DNA from: a bacterium
GTDB taxonomy: Bacteria > Pseudomonadota > Alphaproteobacteria > Rhizobiales > JAKIUO01
Direction of reading: 5' to 3'
Assembly: GCA_024228495.1 (NCBI GenBank)
Contig: JAAETJ010000576.1
Coordinates: forward strand, 1,658-65,657
Length of the DNA: 64,000 nt
The notes below the pieces were generated by a model, which searched no databases, was not told where the DNA came from, and saw only the letters and a list, made by a program, of their open reading frames with translations. The number at the start of each line of letters is the position of its first letter. The first letter of the stretch is position 1. The translations under genes and the position numbers were made by a program. Shown piece by piece: positions 26,956-35,266 of this stretch.

Positions 26956-28384
26956 CGATATTGAACGGGTCCAGGCGTTTCATGCTGGTCCCGGATTTAG
27001 TGTTGGCATTTGTAGCTCCCCCAAAGGTCTTTAATGTCTGCCCCGCATTGCCATTTGATTTGTCACTAGCAGCGTTGGTGAACGGTTTAAAGATTCTCGA
27101 AACTCGAGGTTTTTTATCTTCGAGCATCAACAAAGGTGTTGTGAACGGTGCAAGGCGTTCCAAGAAATCGAGCATGGAAAGCACGGGTGCACCTCTGAAA
27201 AAAGCAGCCGGTTTTACATCCATCCAGAGGCGGTCAGCATAGACTTTTGGGCGGTAGGGGGAGTCGCCGATCTTGTTATCATCGCCATCAAACCCCTGAT
27301 AGTCATCCCAGTAGTTGCCTTCCCAGATATTGTGAGTTGCGCCCGCGAATGAGCTAACCGAGACATGATGGCTATTGCTGGAGAAAATATTGTCTTTAAA
27401 ATGGTTGCCAGGCCAATCATTAAGAAACGCGACGCCTAAATCGTTGTAGGCAATCTTGTTGCGGTAAATACGATTTGTCGTGTCGGGCTGGAACGGCGAC
27501 AGGTCAAGATAAAGACCTGTGCTGTTATATAATATATCATTGTCGTGAATATCGCAGTTACTGGCTTCCTTGAAACCGATACCAACGCCTGCAGCACCAA
27601 GTGCCTGAACGACCCTGTTGCCACGGATAACCACACTGTCAGAATACATCAAAAAGATGCCGACAGCATTTTTATAGAAGCTGTTGTTTTCGACGAGATT
27701 ATATTTCGAATACATGAAATGCAGGCCGTAACGACCGCCAGCAACATCATTGTTGGCGATGACGTTGTCGGCGGAATACCATACCACTATGTCACGAGAA
27801 TTACGGATCTTGTTTTTTTCGATCCGGTTGTTTCGCGAATACCATAGGCGTATGGCGTCGCCTCTGATGCCAAGCGTAGCATCGCTTTTCGACGAGATCA
27901 TATTGTTCCGAATAACGTTATTACTTGACTGCTGCAGATCTATGCCGAACAGGCTTTCGGTAATCGTGTTATTTTTAATGACATTGAAGTCACCGCGCAC
28001 CTGAATACCAGCGTCAATATCATTGTGTTGTGCACCGGTATTTGTGAGATACAGATTCTTGAGCACGGCACCGTTGGTTTTTAGGTAGATCACTGAGCCT
28101 TTGCCACCTGCATCAATAGAAACCTTGTTCTGTCCATCCAGGGTGATGGCTTTGTTGATGGTCACTGGGCCTTGGTAGATGCCTGGAGGAGGGGTGAGAA
28201 TATCCCCTTGTTTGGAGCGGTCAATAAGTGTTTGCAGGTTTTTCAACCTTGAGGCTGCATAGGCTTTTTGTGGGTTGTTTCCGGTCAATAGATATGAACC
28301 GCAAGTGATTGCACCAATTGCCAAAAGGCTATAGACGGCCACAGGAAATCGGTGATTTGCGGTAATTTTTATCAGACTGATCAC
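26942..28384 (-). CDS. nosD: Periplasmic parallel-beta-helix copper-cluster maturation protein NosD
   Basis: 480 aa with an N-terminal signal/anchor. Repetitive ...N.I..N.. beta-helix repeats (IKNNTITESLFGIDL, VIRNNMISS, IEKNKIRNS, VIANNDVAGG, VENNSFYKN). Confidence 0.85.
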   Translation of the reverse strand: MISLIKITANHRFPVAVYSLLAIGAITCGSYLLTGNNPQKAYAASRLKNLQTLIDRSKQGDILTPPPGIYQGPVTINKAITLDGQNKVSIDAGGKGSVIYLKTNGAVLKNLYLTNTGAQHNDIDAGIQVRGDFNVIKNNTITESLFGIDLQQSSNNVIRNNMISSKSDATLGIRGDAIRLWYSRNNRIEKNKIRNSRDIVVWYSADNVIANNDVAGGRYGLHFMYSKYNLVENNSFYKNAVGIFLMYSDSVVIRGNRVVQALGAAGVGIGFKEASNCDIHDNDILYNSTGLYLDLSPFQPDTTNRIYRNKIAYNDLGVAFLNDWPGNHFKDNIFSSNSHHVSVSSFAGATHNIWEGNYWDDYQGFDGDDNKIGDSPYRPKVYADRLWMDVKPAAFFRGAPVLSMLDFLERLAPFTTPLLMLEDKKPRVSRIFKPFTNAASDKSNGNAGQTLKTFGGATNANTKSGTSMKRLDPFNIDAVK

Positions 28385-28442
28385 AATTTATTTCCTTCCC
28401 AAATAAACCGTTTATCCTCCCGCAACGGCCTCTACAAAAACA

Positions 28443-29741
28443 CTAAGAGTTAATCTCGCTCAGGTGTTTGCGCCGGACAAGGGCCGCAAAAGTCAGCAGG
28501 GCCGCCATCAACATCATCAGCGCAAAGCCGATTTCTGGATAGGAGTGGGTTTTGAATTGCGCCACTTTTCCCTGGCCAAATACTGTTGGCATGAAGGGCT
28601 TAAGGGTAAAGGCTCCCATCTCGTTGAGTGTGTGTCCATACCACCAGAGCCATGCAGAATATTCAATGAGGAAGAACAGTGGCAGTCCGATCGGTACAAG
28701 AATAAGCAACCAGTGTAACAAGCTGTTATCACGCCCTGCAAAAACCAGAAATACCATGCCGAGTATGATGATCCCGAATAGAGTATCGCCTGCCAGTTTT
28801 ATGGTCGCTACCATTGGTAGATTGACCTCGGGATTGTTAAACCAGCGACCAAGTGCTTTTTCGTAATGCCAAGCCATAACCTGGCGACCGGTTCCAGTCC
28901 ACTCTACACCTTCGCCTTTGTTCTTTTGTGCCTGACCCGCATCATAAACGCCTTTTAGAACCTCGATATTCCGTTCTTTACCGCTTTTCCGGCTGTTTTC
29001 TGCCTCGGCGAGGATCTGCTTGAGAGTTTTCGATTTACCGGTTTGGCTACCGCTCCCTTCGTCGAGACGGGCAATAATATCCGACAGGCGTTTTTGGCCG
29101 CTCTTTTTCAATGACTTTTGAAAGTCGGTTTTACTAGCATTGGCGCCAATCCCACTTTCTAGCAAGGATTCTTGTAATTTTTCGATGATCGGGCTAATGG
29201 CTTCCCCTTCTTCCTCATGGCCTTGCCCTAGCGAGGTAACCATAGCGTTGAGATAGCCACCGGTCTGATATTTGATACCCCCCTTACCGTAGTAGGTAAG
29301 ATACATGAACAAAGCAATGACCGCGAAGCCCACGGCCATGAAAATCATACGTTTTTTGGGATCAAACAGATTAAAACCGATGAGCATTACGACCATCAGG
29401 CCGAACATGAATGGACCGAACATCTTTTCGACCACACCTCCGCTCGCAATCGGAAACATGCCGACAAAATGATTGATAGCATCCATCTCATGCACACAGT
29501 CGAGGGCTTTTTCTTCTTCGATCTCGGCTTTGTTCAACAGTTTGCAACCGTTGAAAACGCCATTGATGTGGAAGTTAATCTTGACACCATCGGGAAAGCT
29601 TTCGGCCGGGTAATTGGGGGCGGTCAACGACACCCACCAGATTGGCGAATAGAAGATTGCAATGAGCAGCAGCACGGATATCGCTGACAGAACATGAACG
29701 ACCATACTGCGTTTTTGTTGTTGTTGTTCGCTATCAGCCAT
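28443..29741 (-). CDS. nosB: Polytopic membrane protein, NosB-like by position in a clade II nos cluster
   Basis: 432 aa with about 6 TM helices. A hydrophilic insert of roughly 130 aa lies in the middle (GHEEEGEAISPIIEKLQ...KNKGEGVEW). It sits between the cytochromes and nosD. The identity is inferred from context only. Confidence 0.5.
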   Translation of the reverse strand: MADSEQQQQKRSMVVHVLSAISVLLLIAIFYSPIWWVSLTAPNYPAESFPDGVKINFHINGVFNGCKLLNKAEIEEEKALDCVHEMDAINHFVGMFPIASGGVVEKMFGPFMFGLMVVMLIGFNLFDPKKRMIFMAVGFAVIALFMYLTYYGKGGIKYQTGGYLNAMVTSLGQGHEEEGEAISPIIEKLQESLLESGIGANASKTDFQKSLKKSGQKRLSDIIARLDEGSGSQTGKSKTLKQILAEAENSRKSGKERNIEVLKGVYDAGQAQKNKGEGVEWTGTGRQVMAWHYEKALGRWFNNPEVNLPMVATIKLAGDTLFGIIILGMVFLVFAGRDNSLLHWLLILVPIGLPLFFLIEYSAWLWWYGHTLNEMGAFTLKPFMPTVFGQGKVAQFKTHSYPEIGFALMMLMAALLTFAALVRRKHLSEINS

Positions 29742-29859
29742 TGCAGCTTCATGCTCCTCGAAAAGGTCAAAGGAAACTGACCTACTGTTATAAATTCAGA
29801 TAAAGTGTGCTGGTTGTAACCAGACCACGCGAGGTCCGGTTACAACTCAAAATCGGGGA

Positions 29860-30621
29860 TCAATCATAATCTGGATTGAGCCAGTCCTTGCTTTTTGCAA
29901 CCTTGTCAGATGCTGGTTTCATGCGCGAAACATAGTCTACGACAGCTTTCATGTCCTTTTCGGTAAAGCCATTGATCTGTTTGATCATGTCAGGATTTGC
30001 ATTGCGGCGTTTTCCATCACGGATCCATTCGAACTGACGCAGCAAATATTTGTAGTGCTGTCCTTGAATGAGCGGGAAGAATTTAGTCTTGTGTCCTTCA
30101 CCATTTTCGCCGTGGCATTTGACACAGTTATCTTTGTAGAGCTTTGCACCATGCTCAAGGTCCGTACCGGCACCAACGCCGGGGTCCGGGTTCATCGGAA
30201 TATTTTCAATATATCGAGCGACAGCAGCGATGGCATATGGTCCACCACCTACTTCAGGAGCAGCGTTTTTGATCTCCTTTGGTAGCGCAAAGGGGTACAT
30301 TGTCGGGTTATCGCGGTTTTTGGCGCGAATATCTGCGAGCTGCTTGATGATCACTGTTGCAGGCTGTCCGGAAATTTGCGGGAACGTACCATCTTTCGAT
30401 CCCCATCCTTCAGTAAGGTGACAGGCCGAACAGATCTCGTAGACGGCGATACCGTCTTTTCTGATTTTGGCGAGTTCTTCAGGAGTTTTTTTCTTGAAGG
30501 TTTCGTAGATTTTGGTGGCCTCATCCTTTTCTCCACCTCCTTCATTCCAGGCCATAACTGGTGCGGAGGCTAAAATGCCGGCAGCAAGTGCACCTCCAAG
30601 GATCAGTTTTAATTTTGTCAT
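29860..30621 (-). CDS. Periplasmic dihaem c-type cytochrome (cytochrome c4-like)
   Basis: 253 aa with a signal peptide ending VMA. Two CxxCH motifs: CSACH and CVKCH. Confidence 0.85.
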   Translation of the reverse strand: MTKLKLILGGALAAGILASAPVMAWNEGGGEKDEATKIYETFKKKTPEELAKIRKDGIAVYEICSACHLTEGWGSKDGTFPQISGQPATVIIKQLADIRAKNRDNPTMYPFALPKEIKNAAPEVGGGPYAIAAVARYIENIPMNPDPGVGAGTDLEHGAKLYKDNCVKCHGENGEGHKTKFFPLIQGQHYKYLLRQFEWIRDGKRRNANPDMIKQINGFTEKDMKAVVDYVSRMKPASDKVAKSKDWLNPDYD

Positions 30622-30655
30622 GGTTTTTCCTTCTCAATGACATGTTTTCTAAAGA

Positions 30656-31519
30656 CTACTTTTTGCTCCGGTCGATCTGCGAAAGATATTCGGCAATCAT
30701 CGCAATCTGCTCATTCGACAGCTTTTTGACGAAGGGCAGCATGAGTTTACTTTTCCCATTGGATCTTGCTTTGTCCCTGATATCAACTAATTGCATGAAG
30801 ATATATTCGCGCTTTTGACCAGCAATAAATGGATATCCCTTGAGCGGTTTTCTACCTTCTTTACCGTGGCAGGAGACACACTTTTTGAATAGCTTTTTAC
30901 CTGTCGCAATGTTTTCGGCAGGGTAGGGTGTTTCCGGTATTTTGGGTTTGGCTGGCGGAAGATCCTTCAACCAGCTAGCCAACTGTACGATATCATCATT
31001 CGTAATACGAAACGCGCCTTCCGGATTGACAAGGGCGCCGCGCATCGATTCAGTACGATGATGGCCAGTATCAGCGTCGATGCCGCCTTTACGCTTGCCG
31101 GACATAATGTCCTTTATCTGGGCAATCATGTATTTTTTGTCTTGTCCAGCTATGGCTGGATAATAGGAAATGGCGCGCTGCCCCTTGCGCCCATGACAGG
31201 CCGCACAGGCTCCTTTACGCAAATAAATCTTGCGACCGGGGTGGCGCTTCTTTTTCTTTGGCTTGGCAGCGGCAACTGGTGTAGTTGCCTGTGTTGGGGT
31301 ATTCGCTACTGCCGGTACCGGTTTAGCTACTTCAACAGGCTGAGAAGCTTGTTTTGACGGAGCAGCAGCCATTTTGTCACCGGTATTATTAGCTTGTATT
31401 ATTTCCGATGATCCGGTTGGGTCATATGCGACATCAACGAGTACGCTAATGGCGTAAATCCCCAGAATGGAAATAATCAGCGCGATAGCAAACTGACCGG
31501 CAAACCTAAAGAAATGCAT
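30656..31519 (-). CDS. Membrane-anchored dihaem c-type cytochrome with a Pro/Ala/Lys-rich linker
   Basis: 287 aa. N-terminal TM helix FAIALIISILGIYAISVLV, linker ...PVEVAKPVPAVANTPTQATTPVAAAKPKKKK, and two CxxCH motifs (CAACH, CVSCH). Confidence 0.85.
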   Translation of the reverse strand: MHFFRFAGQFAIALIISILGIYAISVLVDVAYDPTGSSEIIQANNTGDKMAAAPSKQASQPVEVAKPVPAVANTPTQATTPVAAAKPKKKKRHPGRKIYLRKGACAACHGRKGQRAISYYPAIAGQDKKYMIAQIKDIMSGKRKGGIDADTGHHRTESMRGALVNPEGAFRITNDDIVQLASWLKDLPPAKPKIPETPYPAENIATGKKLFKKCVSCHGKEGRKPLKGYPFIAGQKREYIFMQLVDIRDKARSNGKSKLMLPFVKKLSNEQIAMIAEYLSQIDRSKK

Positions 31520-31593
31520 AAATTTTTCCTCACTAAAACTGATCAGGCAGATAGATAATTGTCGCCAAATACAGTTTTCCCTATTCCCGATTC

Positions 31594-31645
31594 AAAGAGG
31601 CAGGGCCAACGCTCCTGGAGTTGGTTTGGCCCTGCCTCTTTTTTT
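31594..31645. terminator. Strong symmetric hairpin (A-run / stem / T-run) between nosZ and the downstream nos genes
   Basis: AAAGAGGCAGGGCCAA (31594-31609) pairs with TTGGCCCTGCCTCTTT (31626-31641), and the T-run continues to 31645. It lies 28 nt after the nosZ stop on the - strand. Confidence 0.6.
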
Positions 31646-31672
31646 GATCTGGATCAATAGCAATAAATCAGG

Positions 31673-33967
31673 CTATTTGACCTTTTTGGCTCCGTTTTGC
31701 TCCAGATAGGTCTTGGCGCGCAGGCCCATATCAGCAGTCTTGACCTGATACTGGAACCATTGCTGTGCCCACAATGTGGCATTTTGCCAATCACCTTTTG
31801 CAGCGAAGTTTTCGGATTTCTTTTTGCTCTCAGCAGCAAAATTAAGCTGATCCGTAGCATCCGTTACGAGGCCGACAACAGTTGGGAAGTCCTTGAAGTT
31901 CCGCTCTGTGATAAACTTCACAACAGAGTTGATGACGCCCTGCGTCGCAACATTGTTTTTGATCTGTTTGTCATAGTCGGTCTTGGTGTATTTTGTGCCT
32001 TCCTTGAGGGCGGCATTTTCCAACTTGGTGCCTTTCGGGCGGACCATCATAATACCTTGCATTTCCAAATGCAGCGCTGAGCAGAACTCGGTGCAGTAGT
32101 ATGGGAATACACCTGAATTAGGAACTTTAAAGGTTGCTGAAGCGGTTTTACCCGGCTCGATCGACAAGTTGACATTATGACCGTAGATCGCGAAACCATG
32201 AGTTTCGTCTTCAGCACGTTCAACGTTGGTCAGATGCAGTGAGACCGTTTCACCTTCTTCAACCTCAATGATTTCAGGTGTGATATGTGAGCGGATCACC
32301 GTACCATAGACGTGCACGAGACCATCTTTGCGTACGATCTTCTCCCGACCTGGACGCGTACGGAATTCGGACCTTTTGTCGGTACGACTGTTGGTTCCCA
32401 ATTTATACCGCACCTTGGGTTTCAGCTTGTCAGCAGAGATTGCCACAACATAATGCGGTTCGCCAAGCGGCACAGCCATATCATAGAGAAGCTGCATCTT
32501 GTCGCCGGAAATATCGATCAACTGGTGGTTCTGTGGATGCAGAGGACCAACAGGGTTGAAGCGATCAATAGTTAGCTTGTTGAGTGCTACAAGATATTTG
32601 CCTTTTGGTGTGACGCTGTCACCTTCCATGGTGACGAGATGACCAATATTGTAATGGATGTGGATCTTGTCGAGCACCTTGAGGTTGCAGTAATCCCATT
32701 TGGTTACTTGGCTATCCACATAGATTGACGTATAGACGATACACTTTTTGCTGTCATACTGGGTATGAAGCGGACCAAGGCCAACCGATAGCTGGCCATG
32801 CAGGCTCTTTTTGAGATCAAGGATTGGAATGCCATAGGCATCTTTACCTGCGAAATCTTTTTTCTTGATCAGATCAAAGACCTTGGCGAAGCTGTAAACC
32901 GATGCATGTGTATCGAGCTTGCCGGCGACGATGAAGAACTTGCCGTCAGGGCTGATATCAACACCATGAGGTGATTTTGGTTCGGGGATTAGAAATAATA
33001 TCCCTTCTTTGATGGCTGTATCCATCATGATGACATTATGACCATTGATCTTGGTTGTTTTGCCTGCCTTGGCGACTTCGGCAGCTTTTTTCCAGTTGAT
33101 CATATGGACAAAGTCGGTATCTTTTTGCGAACAGCCAGCCTCGAACGGTGGACGTCCTTTCATGATGCCACCGACATAGCGTTCAGTACAGAACGAGTTG
33201 GTAAGCGACCAGCCATCACTGGGGCCCTTGCCGAAGTCGGAAAGATCCTGCGAGTAGGGTGGCAGTTCCAGCGAGAAGGATGCAGCCTCGTCAATCCGAC
33301 CTTTTTTGCGGTCAAATTTCCAATAGGTTACAGCTCCACGAAATTTTTCGTTGAACTGCGACAAAGGATAGTGCTTTCTATCAAGCGGTGCAGGATACTG
33401 AGCGGCTTGAATGATATAGTCGGTATTGGGTGAAACGAAAGGACCGCCATGCTCCGAACTCATGATCGGGTTTTTAACAATCTGCTTGGTTTCAAAATCC
33501 TTCATGTCAATAACGGCGATACGCGGATTGGCCTTGTCATTGATAAAGGCATATTCACCATCATATTCGCCTTTCGTTTCCGAAAAAGCGGGATGATGAG
33601 TATCACCGTAGGTAATTGTTGTATCGTTAATATCGCTGCCCTTTTTTAACACGGCCTTTGATTCATCATCAAAGCCATAACCCTGCCAGGGTTCGGGCGT
33701 AAACACGGCGATATATTTGAGGATACGCATAGAAGGGATGCCGTAGACAAATACTTGTCCGCTTTGACCTCCTGAGCTTAGTGCGATAAATTCATCGCGC
33801 CCGCCAGTAGGAATGTAGGTTTTAGCGGCGGCCAGGACGTCTTTTTGCGTCAGCCCACGTTCTTTCATCACCTCGTCAAGCGTTTTCGCGCTTGCGGAGT
33901 TGACCATGGCGGACATTCCAAGCCCAAAGGCTATAGCTGTCAGGCCATATATGTTACATTTTTTCAT
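31673..33967 (-). CDS. nosZ: Nitrous-oxide reductase NosZ, clade II (Sec-type signal), with a C-terminal extension
   Basis: 764 aa. Signal MKKCNIYGLTAIAFGLGMSAMVNSASA has no RR, and an in-frame TAA lies 7 codons upstream of the ATG. Beta-propeller His motifs include YGDTHHP. CuA motif YCTEFCSALHLEMQG. 118 aa follow MMVRPKG. Confidence 0.92.
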   Translation of the reverse strand: MKKCNIYGLTAIAFGLGMSAMVNSASAKTLDEVMKERGLTQKDVLAAAKTYIPTGGRDEFIALSSGGQSGQVFVYGIPSMRILKYIAVFTPEPWQGYGFDDESKAVLKKGSDINDTTITYGDTHHPAFSETKGEYDGEYAFINDKANPRIAVIDMKDFETKQIVKNPIMSSEHGGPFVSPNTDYIIQAAQYPAPLDRKHYPLSQFNEKFRGAVTYWKFDRKKGRIDEAASFSLELPPYSQDLSDFGKGPSDGWSLTNSFCTERYVGGIMKGRPPFEAGCSQKDTDFVHMINWKKAAEVAKAGKTTKINGHNVIMMDTAIKEGILFLIPEPKSPHGVDISPDGKFFIVAGKLDTHASVYSFAKVFDLIKKKDFAGKDAYGIPILDLKKSLHGQLSVGLGPLHTQYDSKKCIVYTSIYVDSQVTKWDYCNLKVLDKIHIHYNIGHLVTMEGDSVTPKGKYLVALNKLTIDRFNPVGPLHPQNHQLIDISGDKMQLLYDMAVPLGEPHYVVAISADKLKPKVRYKLGTNSRTDKRSEFRTRPGREKIVRKDGLVHVYGTVIRSHITPEIIEVEEGETVSLHLTNVERAEDETHGFAIYGHNVNLSIEPGKTASATFKVPNSGVFPYYCTEFCSALHLEMQGIMMVRPKGTKLENAALKEGTKYTKTDYDKQIKNNVATQGVINSVVKFITERNFKDFPTVVGLVTDATDQLNFAAESKKKSENFAAKGDWQNATLWAQQWFQYQVKTADMGLRAKTYLEQNGAKKVK

Positions 33968-34090
33968 TACGGTTTCCCAGTTGAGTTAAAGAGGCCAGTA
34001 TTGACCGAACCCGTTGGATAGCTTTCCCGTCAGATGGTGATAGAGTAAACAATCCAACTTTAAGATTTTCACGGAAGAGCGGCAGCGAAA

Positions 34091-34124
34091 TTGATAAATG
34101 TCAATATTTTTTAATGAATGTCAA
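34091..34124. promoter_or_regulatory. Two tandem FNR/Dnr/NnrR-type boxes in the nosZ / cytochrome c divergent promoter region
   Basis: TTGAT-AAAT-GTCAA (34091-34104, 9/10 to TTGAT-N4-ATCAA) and TTAAT-GAAT-GTCAA (34111-34124, 8/10). Their centres are 20 bp apart. The first box centre is about 130 nt upstream of the nosZ ATG. Confidence 0.55.
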
Positions 34125-34879
34125 GAATTTGGCGAATTATGACTTATTATAAGCGGTCTAATTGTCGCAGGAAGAAGGGATTTGATCGAGTGTTGGTTTG
34201 TCAGCGTATTGTGAGCGCCATTGTTACGATGTTCCTGCTCGTGCTTTTTTCTAAATTAGGCGCAGTAGAGAGTTTTGATCGAGAACTGGCTATCGAAATA
34301 AATTATACTTGTGCCGGTTGTCATGGCGAGTACGGGCAGGGCGTCGCAGACGGAACCTATCCACGTCTTGCCGGGATGGATGCAGATTATCTTGCTCGTC
34401 AGCTTAGATTATTCAAATCACGCAAGCGGCTCAACATTCCCATGTTTCCCTACGCGATTGATCGTGATTTGCCAGAAGAAGATGTCGTTGCTATTTCGCA
34501 ATTTCTTTCGTCAATCGAGCTGCTCGCGAAATTGCCACCAATCGATGACAAGACCTACGATCCGCTAAAACGTTTGAAGCTTGCGAAACAGGTTTTTAGT
34601 GTTCCTCGTTATTCAGGGGATGTCAAAACAGGAAAATTTTTTTATAACAAGGAGTGTGCCAACTGTCATGGCCGGGACGGGCTCGGGAAACGCAAGAAAA
34701 AAACTGTTGTTCCCCGTCTAGCCGGGCAACACAGCCTATATTTATTGCGCCAGATTGAAATCATAGGCAAAGGCTTGCGACTACACGACGAAGCAGGTGA
34801 TGCAGCAGTTTTTAAGTCTTATTCGAAAACGGAGATTGCCAATGTTCTTGCCTACCTCTCGGTACTCGATGATGAATAG
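34118..34879 (+). CDS. Dihaem c-type cytochrome (c4-like), divergent from nosZ
   Basis: 253-aa ORF with two CxxCH motifs (CAGCH, CANCH). The real start is probably downstream: GTG at 34190 gives a clean signal peptide MLVCQRIVSAIVTMFLLVLFSKLGA, or ATG at 34139. The ORF-track ATG lies inside FNR box 2. Confidence 0.8.
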   Translation: MSRIWRIMTYYKRSNCRRKKGFDRVLVCQRIVSAIVTMFLLVLFSKLGAVESFDRELAIEINYTCAGCHGEYGQGVADGTYPRLAGMDADYLARQLRLFKSRKRLNIPMFPYAIDRDLPEEDVVAISQFLSSIELLAKLPPIDDKTYDPLKRLKLAKQVFSVPRYSGDVKTGKFFYNKECANCHGRDGLGKRKKKTVVPRLAGQHSLYLLRQIEIIGKGLRLHDEAGDAAVFKSYSKTEIANVLAYLSVLDDE

Positions 34880-35023
34880 GCGCAAATTAGCCCCTTTGGT
34901 CGTTGGGGTGATAGCTCTTTTTTCTGTGGTTAATCATTTGACGCGGTTGCCCTGATACAGGGAAATTGTAAAAAACCTGCGTCACGTAGCGACCTGCGTC
35001 ACTGCTCGTTCAAGGGGCGTCAT

Positions 35024-35266
35024 ATGCAAAATGTTGATTTGCATGGGGCGGATCTCTCCAATGTGAAATTTGAAAATGCGCGAATGAGTGGTTGTGATCT
35101 ATCCGGGGTGTTGCTTGTCGGTGCAAATTTCAAATGGGCGGCACTGCCCAAATGCAATATGCGTCGTACAGACCTGCGTGGTGCTGACTTTGTTCATGCC
35201 AATCTCGATGAAGTTGATTTGACAGGTTCAGATATGCGCAAGGCCTTCTTATTCGTACTTCTTTGA
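35024..35266 (+). CDS. Pentapeptide-repeat protein, 5' part of a probably frameshifted gene
   Basis: 80 aa of A(D/N)LXX-type repeats (ADLSN VKFEN ARMSG CDLSG ... VDLTG SDMRK) that end abruptly. Confidence 0.55.
   Translation: MQNVDLHGADLSNVKFENARMSGCDLSGVLLVGANFKWAALPKCNMRRTDLRGADFVHANLDEVDLTGSDMRKAFLFVLL

Noticed and set aside
31673-32035. Cytochrome c domain fused to NosZ, as in Wolinella-type enzymes
   Set aside because: The 118-aa extension contains no CxxCH motif and no cysteine at all.
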